Notes under the pieces: generated by a model | What the model was told of the DNA's origin: nothing | Databases searched by the model: none | What the model saw: the letters and a program-made list of their open reading frames with translations, nothing else | Made by a program: the position numbers and the translations under genes | Shown: positions 21,954 through 33,126 of the stretch, one piece after another | Layout of the letters: each line of letters opens with the position of its first letter | Position numbering within the stretch: position 1 is the first letter of the stretch | Origin: Podarcis erhardii | Taxonomy: Eukaryota | DNA: 64,000 bases | NCBI GenBank assembly: GCA_964252035.1 | Contig: OZ176211.1 | Reading direction: 5' to 3' (one strand)

Positions 21954-23433
21954 ATATCCTTTTTAAAACTCTTGTATGCGGGAAGGAGTCTTAATATAGA
22001 GGGCTGGCTGCATTGTTAGGCAATGCTTTTGTCCTGGTGACAGATGAATGAGATATTCTCTTCTTAGCATTGTTTTGATGTATTTATTTCTGCTGCTTGG
22101 GAAGACTGTAGGTGGGATGGGCCAAAGCTTCATCTAGGCAAAAAAGAGCCAGACAACTGCAAAGATGTCCATTGGTTGTAGGACAGGAGGTCAAAGAAAT
22201 AAGCAGCAACAGAAACTTGAGACTTAGGGCATATTGGCAGGAGCAAAATATGTATTGATGATCCACTGGTGTCCAAGAAGACAGTGGTAGTAGGAAGGAA
22301 AGGTAGAGGAGGGAGCACATGGAGCAGGGTGGGGGCAGGGTGATGCACCACTTTCCAATTCCTTTAAGGAACCAGAACAGTTCTGCTAACATGATGCAGA
22401 TTTAACCAGTAGTATAGTATAGTCTTTGTAGGGATGCGGGTGGTGCTGTGGGTTAAACCACAGAGCCTAGGTCTTGCTGATCAGAAGGTTGGCAGTTCGA
22501 ATCCCCACGATGGGGTGAGCTCCTATTGCTCGGTCCCTGCTCCTGCCAACCTAGCAGTTTGAAAGCATGTCAAAGTGCAAGTAGATAAATAGGTACCGCT
22601 CCGGCGGGAAGGTAAACGGCGTTTACGTGTGCTGCTCTGGTTCACCAGAAACGGCTTAGTCATGCTGGCTGCACGACCTGGAAGCTGTACGCCGGCTCCC
22701 TTAGCCAATAAAGCGAGATGAGCGCTGCAACCCCAGAGTCGGTCACGACTGGACCTAATGGTCAGGGGTCCCTTTACCTTTACCTATGGTCTGTGTATTA
22801 CATAGGACACGTGGCTGATTTTTCGTTAAAAGGCTACTCTTCTTCATCCAAATGTCTGTTACTCTGTTGAAGTTTATTTATTGCCTTAGGCTATGACAAC
22901 CAGCAGAAAATAATTTATATGTTCAACAGAACAAACATCAATAGTTACAAAAAATCCAAACACCAGAACAAACTCATATAAACTGCCCCAAACCATATCT
23001 AGCATTATTTTTTAAACCATTAGAAGAAAAAGGTTCTGCCGTCCCCCTCCCCCATTCAACCAACCCATTAGATAATGAGCCTTTAGATAAAAACTTTAAT
23101 TAATTTACTTTATGCCTGAAAAGCAAAGTCACCACTGACCTTCAACCCAAAACTCATTACTGGCAGTGCTCAGGCCACATGATATGGCACAAATACCAGC
23201 TGTTGAAGGGTGGGAATGGTAATAAATTCCACTGGGATAGCACAAGCTCTTTCTTTGCGGACCTTAAGTAGCTTTTGGGATCCAAGCTGTAGTTCGTTTC
23301 TTCAAGAACTGAGGAGGGCCAAACCCAGTGGGGTATAGGAATTTCCTAGCCACCAAATGCATCATCATCATCATCATCTTTGCCGCATCTTATTTTAATG
23401 TTAATTTGCCAAGTTTCCTATACTTGAAAATAC
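21954..23433 (+). other. MIOS: U12-type (minor spliceosome) AT-AC intron of MIOS
   Basis: 5' ATATCCTTTT, 3' ...AAATAC|, branch-like TTCCTATAC at 23415-23423. Splicing restores H-F-MKQYTED. Confidence 0.92.
22431..22785 (+). mobile_element. Full-length Sauria-type SINE
   Basis: tRNA-like head, gtgcaagtagataaataggtacc core, RTE-like gagtcggtcacgact tail with (tttacc)n. Degenerate 13-bp TSD tatagtctttgta / tatggtctgtgta. Confidence 0.88.
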
Positions 23434-23532
23434 TTATGAAGCAGTATACTGAGGATATGGATCAGAAATGCACAGGAAACAAAGGATCTTTAGTTTATGC
23501 AGGCATCAAATCTATCGTGAAATCCTCTATGG
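23434..23532 (+). CDS. MIOS: MIOS coding exon 2 (99 nt)
   Basis: [33 protein letters not shown]; donor G|gtaagt. Confidence 0.95.
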
Positions 23533-23978
23533 GTAAGTGCATTTTGACTGATTTCTTACTTAATTTTTAAATTTTATTTTAATGAGTGATTTTGGCCAGC
23601 TATTCAGTCCCAGCTGCACCTACTTCACAGGGTTTATGTGAGTGGGAAATTTAATGGCCCGATGTACACCACTTTGAGGTTCTTCAGAGAAGGGTGGAAT
23701 GTAAACACGTCTGATAACAAAAATGAAACCTTCCTGGTGTCTTTTGAACTCATGCCGTTTCTGAGTGTGTTTTTTCAACCACTTTTCTGGTTCACATGAC
23801 ATTCTGCATGACTTCCTAGTACCCCAAGCCAACTTAATCTATTTGTACACAGATTTCTAAAAATAGATAAATCCTTTCTCCCCAAATAAGTAATTTTTGT
23901 CAGGTTTTGACGAAGGTGCAAGAAATAGCTGAAGAGCTGACTTAATTAACAGTAACTGTGATGTTTTTATCGTTAATA

Positions 23979-24162
23979 CAGTGGTACCTCCTGTTGCGGA
24001 CGGGATCTGTTCCAGAGTTCTGGTTGAATCCCAAGGTTTCTGCAACTGGAGGGACCACTTCTGCGCACACACGGCAAAAACCCGGAAATATACTTCCAGG
24101 TTTGCGCTTACGCATCCCAAAGTTTACATATCCAGAGGGATATGTAAGCGGAGGTACGACTG
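23979..24162. mobile_element. Tigger-like MITE
   Basis: TA|cagtggtacctc ... gaggtacgactg|TA. Confidence 0.78.
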
Positions 24163-24247
24163 TATTGGTTTTAGCTTTACATGTTCCTGAATCTAAGTTT
24201 CTATTTATCTTTGTATGCAAATAACTCAAAAAACAATTGTTCTTTAG

Positions 24248-24505
24248 GAACAACAGAGAACCTCAGGCACAGCAGGAGTGGATCAGACAGACAGGCTGAC
24301 ATTATTCAATATCTGAGTGAGGAGAGGTCACTGGCTTTGCAGCTTTGTGGATGGATAAAGAAGGGCACAGATCTGGATGTGGAGCCCTTTTTATACTCTT
24401 TGGAACAGGAAGGAGACTGGGAGCGAGCTGCTGCGGTAGCTCTATTCAACTTGGACATTCGAAGAGCAATACAGATATTGAACAAAGGAGCATCTTCTGG
24501 AAAAG
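24248..24505 (+). CDS. MIOS: MIOS coding exon 3 (258 nt)
   Basis: ...[16 protein letters not shown]...[21 protein letters not shown]; tttag| and |gtacc; phase 1/1. Confidence 0.96.
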
Positions 24506-25118
24506 GTACCTGCTGTGATTTGGTATCACTTTGGCAGAGTGAGCTGCTCCTTGTTGCATTTTCTTTAATAATATCCTGCTTATCAGTGAAAATAGAGATT
24601 TCATATTCTCTTCCGCTTCACAAAGGATTGAATCAGGTAAGTGCTCTGCCAGATGCAGCTGGTGTCTTCTGTTTGTGGAGGGCTGTTTTACACCCTATGT
24701 TAAAAAGAACATGAGAAAAACAAACCAAATCTGAATGTTTTCCATTGGCAGAAACAGGAGGCATGAATGGAACCCACTGATTATAGCACTGTGCAAGTGT
24801 TTGTAGCCAGTGGCTGTTTTCTATATGTTCATGGATCTTTGCATCCAATACAGTATATTTGGGGGGGAAACCTGGTTGGATCCCATACCCAATTGCATTA
24901 GTAACAGGAAAGGATAGACATCACAATTCTACTGTACCATGGATGAAGCATTGCCATGGATGAAGAGGCTGAAGGAGCAGTGGTACCAACCCGCCCCCCG
25001 CCCCCATTTCTTCATCTGATGTTGCACTATGTCCTGGAATCAGCCATTCTGAATGGTAGATCAAACTAAACAGTTATGCATGAATAGAATGTGGTGTATG
25101 AAGTAGTTCATGTCAATA

Positions 25119-25470
25119 CAGTGGTACCTTGGTTCTCGAATGGCTTGGTTCCCGAACAAATCAGCTCCCAAACGCCACAAACCAGGAAGTAAGTGTTCCA
25201 GTTTGTGAACGTTTTTTGGAAGCCAAACATCCGATGCAACTTCTGCTTGACTGCAGGAAGCTCCTGCAGCCAATCAGAAGCTGTGCCTTGGTATTTTGTT
25301 TTTTTCAGAATTGACTGAAAACTTATTTATTATTCAAGTGCCCTATCCCACCCCGCCCAGCAGTTATACATGCATGACTAAAACATTTTGGCTTTTAAAT
25401 GTACTGCAACGGTTTCAGGAGTCAAACCGACTCCCAGAACGGATTATGTTCGAGAAGCAAGGTACCACTG
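25119..25470. mobile_element. Tigger-like MITE
   Basis: TA|cagtggtaccttg ... caaggtaccactg|TA. The internal sequence is related, in inverse orientation, to 9214-9581. Confidence 0.78.
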
Positions 25471-25743
25471 TAGTGTTACTTTTCCCAGTATCGGGAAGTC
25501 AAGTTCTTCTCATAATCAATAAATTGTACCAGCATCTTTTGTTCTGCCTTTCAGAGCGAGTTCTGTTCCAGGGTCAGTGGCAGTTGTTTTTGTTGAACAC
25601 CTTGATTGCTGAGTTTGGGGGTACAGATCCCTCTGTCATCCCAAACAAAAGATTTTAACTGTATTTTCAAAATGTCCTTCAGAAGTGGAAACCAAATGGC
25701 TTGAAATGTTTGCTATTGTGTGGCCTTTATTTTTGCTGTGCAG

Positions 25744-25913
25744 GTGATCTAAACCTCAACGTAGTGGCCATGGCATTATCAGGCTATACTGATGAAAAGA
25801 ACTCCTTGTGGAGGGAAATGTGCAGCACCCTGAGGTTACAGCTCAACAACCCTTATCTCTGTGCCATGTTTGCTTTCCTAACAAGTGAATCGGGTTCTTT
25901 TGATGGGGTTTTG
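25744..25913 (+). CDS. MIOS: MIOS coding exon 4 (170 nt)
   Basis: [39 protein letters not shown]...FDGVL; cag| and |gtaag. Confidence 0.96.
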
Positions 25914-26488
25914 GTAAGCTATTTTTGTTAGCTAATCTCCGTTGACTAAATACACAAAGGCACAAATATTCAGATGCAAAACTGAGAACTTGATCTGGTT
26001 CTTTGTGTGTTAGAAAATTTGGCCCTGGGGTGCTTAGGACTTCGGTCGTCAGCAGCTTTCGTGAAACAATCCACTGTGAAAATGTTATTGAAAAGGAAAT
26101 AATGAACTCAGGTTTACGAGCATTGGCCATCATCTAAGAGGTGGAACATAACCCTAAATAATTAATTTCCCCAGATGGATTCCACTTCTCAACTTTGAGG
26201 TGGGATCCCAAGCTTCACTTGCTTGACAAAAATACATTAAAGGTCCCATTCTGAAGTTTCAGGGCAGGGATGTAGAATCTGTGGTCCTCCCGATGTTGCT
26301 GCATTCCTGGCTTCCATCGGTCCCAGCTAGTGGGGCCAGTGGTGAACAGAGACAGGAATGGGATGGGAATCCAGAACATCTAGGAGGTCACAGGTTCCCC
26401 AGTCCCATGTAAACATTTTCCTTAGATATTGCAAAGAGATAGGATTTGTTCAGCAGAGGTAGAGCCTGCACCCCTGCCATTGATTGTA

Positions 26489-26713
26489 CAGTGGTACCTC
26501 GGGTTACATACGCTTCAGGTTACATACACTTCAGGTTACAGACTCCGCTAACCCAGAAATAGTACCTCGGGTTAAGAACTTTGCTTCAGGATGAGAACAG
26601 AAATCGTGCTCCAGCGGCATGGCAGCAGCAAGAGGCCCCATTAGCTAAAGCGGTGCTTCAGGTTAAGAACAGAACTCCGGAACGAATTAAGTACTTAACC
26701 CGAGGTACCACTG
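26489..26713. mobile_element. Tigger-like MITE, abundant ~225-bp family
   Basis: TA|cagtggtacctcgggtta ... taacccgaggtaccactg|TA, 18-bp perfect TIR. Confidence 0.9.
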
Positions 26714-26975
26714 TACACTGCTTCTAAAACTCCCCCAGATTTGGGAAGTGGTGCTTGGAAACCAAACTGAGAAGTTGCAACCTATCTTGCACTTGGCAAG
26801 CAACTAGAAAAAAAGAATAGTTTTCTCAAAATCACTAAGGCTGTTTTTATTAATTTGTCATCTTATACAACTGTAAATATAGAATTGTCATAAAACTTAA
26901 CATCAGCCTTTTTTTTTTCAGGAGACTGGCTGTTTTTTTTCCAGGCTAATGCTAATGTGTTTTGTATTATTTCAG

Positions 26976-27041
26976 TATGAAAGTAATGTAGCTGTACGAG
27001 ACAGAGTGGCATTTGCTTGTAAATTCCTAACTGATGCTCAG
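26976..27041 (+). CDS. MIOS: MIOS coding exon 5 (66 nt)
   Basis: YESNVAVRDRVAFACKFLTDAQ; ttcag| and |gtgag. Confidence 0.95.
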
Positions 27042-27645
27042 GTGAGATGATCAGATCTGCCATCATTTTCTTCCTTTGTTCTTCCTAGATAACATAAAGG
27101 GTTGAATAAGTAATCACACACAGTCTTGCATGCTATTCTCTGGGTGTTGGAAAAAGAGTTTTGTCATCCAGAAGAATTTGCTAGCCATCCTGAAGTATAA
27201 TACCCATTTGAAATAAGTGTAAAATCTAATAGAGACTTGTTGTACCTTAAAGACCAAAGATTTCTTATGACACAAGCTTTTGAGGACTCGTCTAATGATC
27301 TCTGTACAGTCTTGTAAAGCATTTGCCCGTGGCAAGTATGAACTGCATCTGGGCAGTAAATATTTAACAGAGAAGAGTCAGCTTGGAATTCATGATTCTT
27401 TTAGGCCACCGCATTTGTTATGTATCCTTTCGGAAATATTTTGAAATTGAGTACACATTGAAGGTGGATATTATTTATTGCTTTTATCGCTAAATCCTGA
27501 TGATTAGATATAATAATCAAGACTTTAATTCTGCAGTGAGCCCAGCCCAACCATACCCCATTTGTGTATGAGTGTGTGTGTGTAGGCGTGTGGATGTAAT
27601 TCAAGGAATGAGCAAAACACTGACCAAACTTCTTATTTTAAATAG

Positions 27646-27804
27646 CTGAATAGGTTCATTGACAAACTGACAAATGAAATGAAGGAATCTGGGAACCTTG
27701 AAGGAATTCTTCTGACAGGACTCACAAAAGATGGAGTGGATTTGATGGAAAGCTATGTTGATAGAACAGGAGATGTTCAAACAGCAAGTTATTGTATGCT
27801 GCAG
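27646..27804 (+). CDS. MIOS: MIOS coding exon 6 (159 nt)
   Basis: [20 protein letters not shown]...TASYCMLQ; atag| and |gtttg. Confidence 0.96.
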
Positions 27805-28444
27805 GTTTGTATTTTTTTACATACAAAATCTCTGATTTATAGAATTCATGTCAATATTATACAACTCATTTTTTGTGTAATGTGCATAATGTAATATTTA
27901 ATAAATCAAAATTTAATTAAATGATACTGTGCATGGGGTTATTGTTTTTGTTCATTAGTATTGGATGTGTTTTTATATTATCAACCACCCTGTGATCTTC
28001 GGAGGAAGAATGGTATAGAAATTTAATTAATAATAGCAATTCATTATTGTGCTACCCAAATGTTAGCTACTGTGAAGCAATTCTGATAGGATATTGTGGG
28101 GCAATTCATGACTTAGTTCTTGGTAGCGTGGCTGCGGCAGGGGTGGGAGAAGCGAAGTGACTGCAACTTTTGGTACATGCACTTTCATCCTTGTTGGTTT
28201 ACAGAAAGCCACAGTTTGGATTGGGGTTATTTGCAAGCTAGGCAAATACATCATCATCATCATTATTATTATTATTATTATTATTAATTTATTTAATTAA
28301 GTGGTGTTCATAAACAAGCTTTAAAACTATTTAAAATGGGTAAAACAACATTTCTTAAGCTAGTGTTCAAAATAATGTAATGATGGTTTAAGACCATCTT
28401 TGGGGAGACCTTTGAAACAGTCTCCTCTATGCCTACCTTTTTAG

Positions 28445-28597
28445 GGTTCTCCATCCGATGTGCTTAAAGATGAGAGGGTTCAGTACTGGATTGAGAACTA
28501 CCGGAATCTATTGGATGCATGGCGGTTTTGGCATAAGCGAGCAGAATTTGACATTCATCGGAGCAAGCTGGATCCCAGTTCAAAACCTTTAGCCCAG
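28445..28597 (+). CDS. MIOS: MIOS coding exon 7 (153 nt)
   Basis: [51 protein letters not shown]; ttag| and |gtaaa. Confidence 0.96.
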
Positions 28598-29156
28598 GTA
28601 AATGTGCTTCTAATTTTTCTGACCATGTAGTGAGTCAATTTAGCCAATGGACATAAAGCAGCAGACTTCATTTGACAAAGAAAAGGAAGATACAGTTGTT
28701 TGCACGGTGCTTGTCTGATGCACTACTGGTGAGCAGTATTGTTTTTGTTTGGTACTGTTTTGTGTTTTTATATTGTAAACTTTGATCCTTGGATGAAGGG
28801 TGGTATAGAAATTTAATAAATAAAATAAATAAATGCCAAACCTTTATTTCTAAACAGAAAGTCCACCCAATATTGGCATATATATATTTATATTTTTCAA
28901 AATCAGTATCTCACCTGTCTGTCCTTTTTTTCTTTCCTGAACATACAAGCTTTTAATTTTTTAAAACATGTTTTGCTTCTGAACTTGTAAGCTCTGTTTA
29001 GCTATTATGGCCCATTGATAACCCTATCATCCCAGTGGGTGGGTATGAAGGGGTGCAGCTTGAAAAACCTATAGGGTAGCAATATATCTACTAGTTGCTT
29101 AATAATAAATAAAAGCAAATCTAATCACCCTCATATCCCTTTTTTATATTTGCAAG

Positions 29157-29361
29157 GTGTTTGTAAGTTGCAATTTTTGCGGAAAGTCAATTTCATACAG
29201 CTGCTCGACCATCCCTCATCAGGGCCGAGGATTCAGTCAGTATGGCGTAAGTGGCTCCCCGACCAAGTCCAAAGTCACAAGTTGTCCCGGTTGCCGCAAG
29301 CCCCTTCCTCGCTGTGCACTTTGTCTCATAAATATGGGCACTCCAGTTTCCAGCTGTCCAG
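29157..29361 (+). CDS. MIOS: MIOS coding exon 8 (205 nt; zinc-finger/RING-like region)
   Basis: [17 protein letters not shown]...[27 protein letters not shown]; AAG| acceptor, |gtatg donor. Confidence 0.96.
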
Positions 29362-29566
29362 GTATGGCTCCCTCCCATTTGTTGAACTTCTCCATTTTAT
29401 TATTCATAGGCTTCTAGCTTTGTGGTACAGAAAACTGAATACAGTCCTGTGAATGCTTATTTTGCTGAACTGCTTTACATCAGTTCACATATGAATGACT
29501 TTCTCTGAAAATGAGCTGTTTGTTACTGGCTTTGTCCTGCTTGTATTAACTGCCCCATCCTTATTG

Positions 29567-30710
29567 GGGTGTTGTTGTTTAGTCGTGTACGACTCTTCGT
29601 GACCTCATGGACCAGAGCATGCCAGGCACTCCTGTCTTCCACTGGCTCCCACAGCTTGGTCAAACTCATGTTCGTGGCTTCGAGAACAGTGTCCATCTCA
29701 TCCTCTCTCATCGCCTTCTCCTTGTGCCCTCAATCTTTCCCAACATCAGGGTCTTTTCTCTTCTCATGAGGTGGCCAAAGTATTGGAGCCTCAGCTTCAG
29801 GATCTGTCCTTCCAGTGAGCACTCAGGGCTGATTTCCTTAAGAATGGATAGGTTTGATCTTCTTGCAGTCTGTGGGACTCTCAGGAGTCTCCTCCAGCAC
29901 CATAATTCAAAAGCATCAATTCTTCGGCAATCAGCCTTCTTTATGGTCAAGCTCTCACTTCCATACATCATTACAGTGGTACCTTGGGTTAAGAACTTAA
30001 TTCGTTCTGGAGGTCTGTTCTTAACCTGAAACTGTTCTTAACCTGAGGTACCACTTTAGCTAATGGGGCCTCCCGCTGCCGCCTCATCGCCACTGTGCGA
30101 TTTCTGTTCTCATCCTGAAGCAAAGTTCTTAACCCGAGGTACTATTTCTGGGTTAGCGGAGTCTGTAACCTGAAGCATATGTAACCCGAGGTACCACTGT
30201 ACTGGGAAAACCATAGCTTTAGCTATATGGACCTTTGTCAGCAAGGTGATGTCTCTGCTTTTTAAGATTCTTCTAGGTTTGTCATTGCTTTTCTCCCAAG
30301 AAGCAGGCGTCTTTTAATTTCGTGACTGCTGTCACCATCTGCAGTGATCATGGAGCACAAGAAAGTAAAATCTCTCACTGCCTCAATTTCTTCCCCTTCT
30401 ATTTGCCAGAAGGTAATGGGACCAGTGGCCACGATCTTAGTTTTTTTTTATGTTGAGCTTCAGACCATATTTTGTGCTCTCCTCTTTCACCCTCATTAAA
30501 AAATTCTTTAATTCATTCTCACTTTCTGCCATCAAGGTTGTGTTATCTGCATATCTGAGGTTGTTGGTATTTCTTCCGGCAATCTTAATTTCGGCTTGGG
30601 ATTCATCCAGCCCAGCCTTTCGCATGATGAATTCTGCATATGTTAAATAAACAGGGAGACAATATACAGCCTTGTCGTACTCCTTTTCCAATTTTGAACC
30701 ATTCAGTTCC
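29567..30710 (-). mobile_element. RTE-clade BovB-like LINE, 5'-truncated and decayed
   Basis: IKKADCRRIDAFELWCWRRLLRVP...LKLRLQYFGHLMRR and GRNTNNLRYADNTTLMAESE; (caa)n-type tail. Confidence 0.92.
29974..30199. mobile_element. Tigger-like MITE (225-bp family) nested in BovB
   Basis: catcat-TA|cagtggtacc...ggtaccactg|TA-ctgggaaaaccatagc. Removing the MITE and one TA restores the BovB sequence. Confidence 0.9.
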
Positions 30711-30848
30711 ATACTGGGGTGTAGCTTCCCTTTAAGTCATCTTTAAGTGCAGCCTTTGCCTAACCCACATGCTCTCTTGCACCTGTTCACGGTGCTGTTT
30801 GAATACCACTTCTTTAACTGCCAGTCAGGCACTGGGAAAACAGGCCCT

Positions 30849-32032
30849 GGGGGGGGCCGCTAGGGGGCGCCTTGGAAGATGGCGGATATTAACATCTATC
30901 CAGCTCGCACGAGGTAATTAGAGGCTGATTTTGGGGAGTATATCTTTCTCCCTTCATCTCTCCAGGGGGGAGAGATGCCGTTTTCACCCGCTGTTCCCAT
31001 AAATCACCCCCGAGTTCGGAAGAAGGAGGGGTGAGGCACTGGGTGCACAACCCTTGGCGGGCCTCGGAACTCCTCCAAAGCCGCTTCCAGGAGCGAAACT
31101 AGTTGCGTTACTTAAAAGGAAAAAAAAATTGGGAAAGATAACACACATGCTTCAAGAGAGGCAGGAGGTTTTTATCTGCTAACAATTTTACCACTGAAAG
31201 GAAGAAGACTGAGACAGACTGAGATGGAAGATTACATCACAGTACTACAAATATGGTATGTGGATTGGAATGCCGGAACTAAGGGGGGGAAACGAATTTT
31301 TATTTCTTTTGCTCTATGTGATTATTAATAACCCTCCCTCTGAAGATCTGTCACAGAAATTAATTGCAAATGGGACTAAAAATGAATTGTGTGGGAATAA
31401 TTATGAACTCTGTGAAGGATTTGGAAAGAAGAAGGGCTCTCTCTTGTGACGCAGTAAGAATGGAAACTTGATAAGAGACCTGTGTTGCTGGAGTTGGTCT
31501 TGGGGAGGGTGAGCCGAAGATATATTATTTTCGATGAGATTGCGAACTGGAAGGGGCAGCCCTCCTGCAAAAAGACTAATTTACGATACAACAGGTCGGA
31601 AAAGCTAAAGAGCGAATTTCTAGACTGTATTTCATCGGAACGACAAAAATGGCGATTACTCGCTCGAGCGGAAATGACTGTTGGAGTAGAGTGATTTACG
31701 AGAGAGCAGCACAAAGCCCACACAGAAATACAAATAAGACTGTCTTTTTCAACCCACTTGCGGAGCATATCGGAGGAAAATGGAAAGGAAAATGAGTAAT
31801 GACAAGTATTGAGAAGAGGAGACTGGAAACATCATTCTTAATATGGAAGCAGAACAAATATTCGAGGATTGGACTCCTGCCACTCAAGAAGCATGGGTAC
31901 CCCCCACAAAAATTTATAATTTGGAAAACAATTGGATTATATATGTATTGTTATAATTTGGACTAATTGATTTGATGTGTTTAATTTGGAAATATGAAAT
32001 TTAATAAAAAATATTTTAAAAAGAGAGAGAGA
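30849..32032 (+). mobile_element. 1.18-kb non-autonomous L1-like retroelement with intact 5' end
   Basis: 13-bp TSD gaaaacaggccct (30836-30848, 32033-32045). 5' G8 run, AAGATGGCGG at 30876-30885, AATAAA at 32003 and an A/AG tail. No long ORF. Confidence 0.72.
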
Positions 32033-32737
32033 GAAAACAGGCCCTTGTGGGTTAAGTTCAGACTAAATGGTTCTTGGAGTTTTTAGGGAATTTTAAAATT
32101 TTGTAGTTAATGAGAAAACTTAAATCATGTCTGGAATTCAAAGAGCTACTTAGGGTCAACTCGGAAAATCTTTAAATATTTTGCCATAAATAAGAAAACA
32201 TACAGAATCACAAACTGCTTTTGCAAGTCTGTCTCATCATCAGTTTGCCATGTGTCATTGCAAAACACAAGCCCGGAGCTGGCTTAGGTATGCAGGACTC
32301 ATCATGTGTTTCATTGGATCCTGACACCTCTATAGCAATTTCACGCATCTGTTGCCCTGCAGATACACATGCTGGGAAGGGCGACTGGCCTCAGCTTTGT
32401 GTGCTGTGAAATAGAGGAGTATGGTGATGACACATGACTACATTTTTGACACTCTTTATCTGTGAAGAAGTGCTTCATATTTACAGGAAACATAATGTTT
32501 GAAGAGACACTTGTTTCCCTGATAATGATTACCCTCACAGCTGGGAGCCAAGTTTAAGATCTTTTCATCAAAATGGGTACAGATTATTTGTGCGTTATTT
32601 GAAAGATGCTCTGTGCTGCATGAAATTCCCATTTACAAATATTTGTAAACTTAAAAAAAAATCTAGGAGTTCTCACCTGTATTATGGAAATTGGCTTAAT
32701 ACTTTTCAGCCTGGGGGTGTTAACTGCTTGAGACACT

Positions 32738-32788
32738 GATTATTATGTTGCTTTGATTATTATGTTGCTTTGATTATTATGTTGCTTT
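32738..32788. repeat. 17-bp unit x3 perfect tandem repeat
   Basis: (gattattatgttgcttt)3. Confidence 0.95.
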
Positions 32789-32996
32789 ACTGGGTAATTT
32801 TGTTTTCTGTGCCATTTCAAAGTTGTTTCCAATCCTAGTCATACTCCAGATAGACACATAGAAATTATTGGACATTAATTGCAGTAAGTCTCCTCTGAGT
32901 TGAACTTAATTGGATACAACCCTGTCTCCATTGGTTTTAAACAACCTGTTCTCATTACCATAGAAATCAATTCAGACTACATTTTCTTATTTATAG

Positions 32997-33126
32997 GAGG
33001 ATCAAAGTCAGATGAAAAGGTGGATCTTAGCAAGGACAAGAAATTGGCCCAGTTCAACAACTGGTTTTCTTGGTGCCACAACTGTAGGCATGGTGGTCAT
33101 GCTGGACACATGCTTAGCTGGTTCAG
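32997..33126 (+). CDS. MIOS: MIOS coding exon 9 (130 nt)
   Basis: [43 protein letters not shown]; atag| and |gtaag. Confidence 0.96.
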
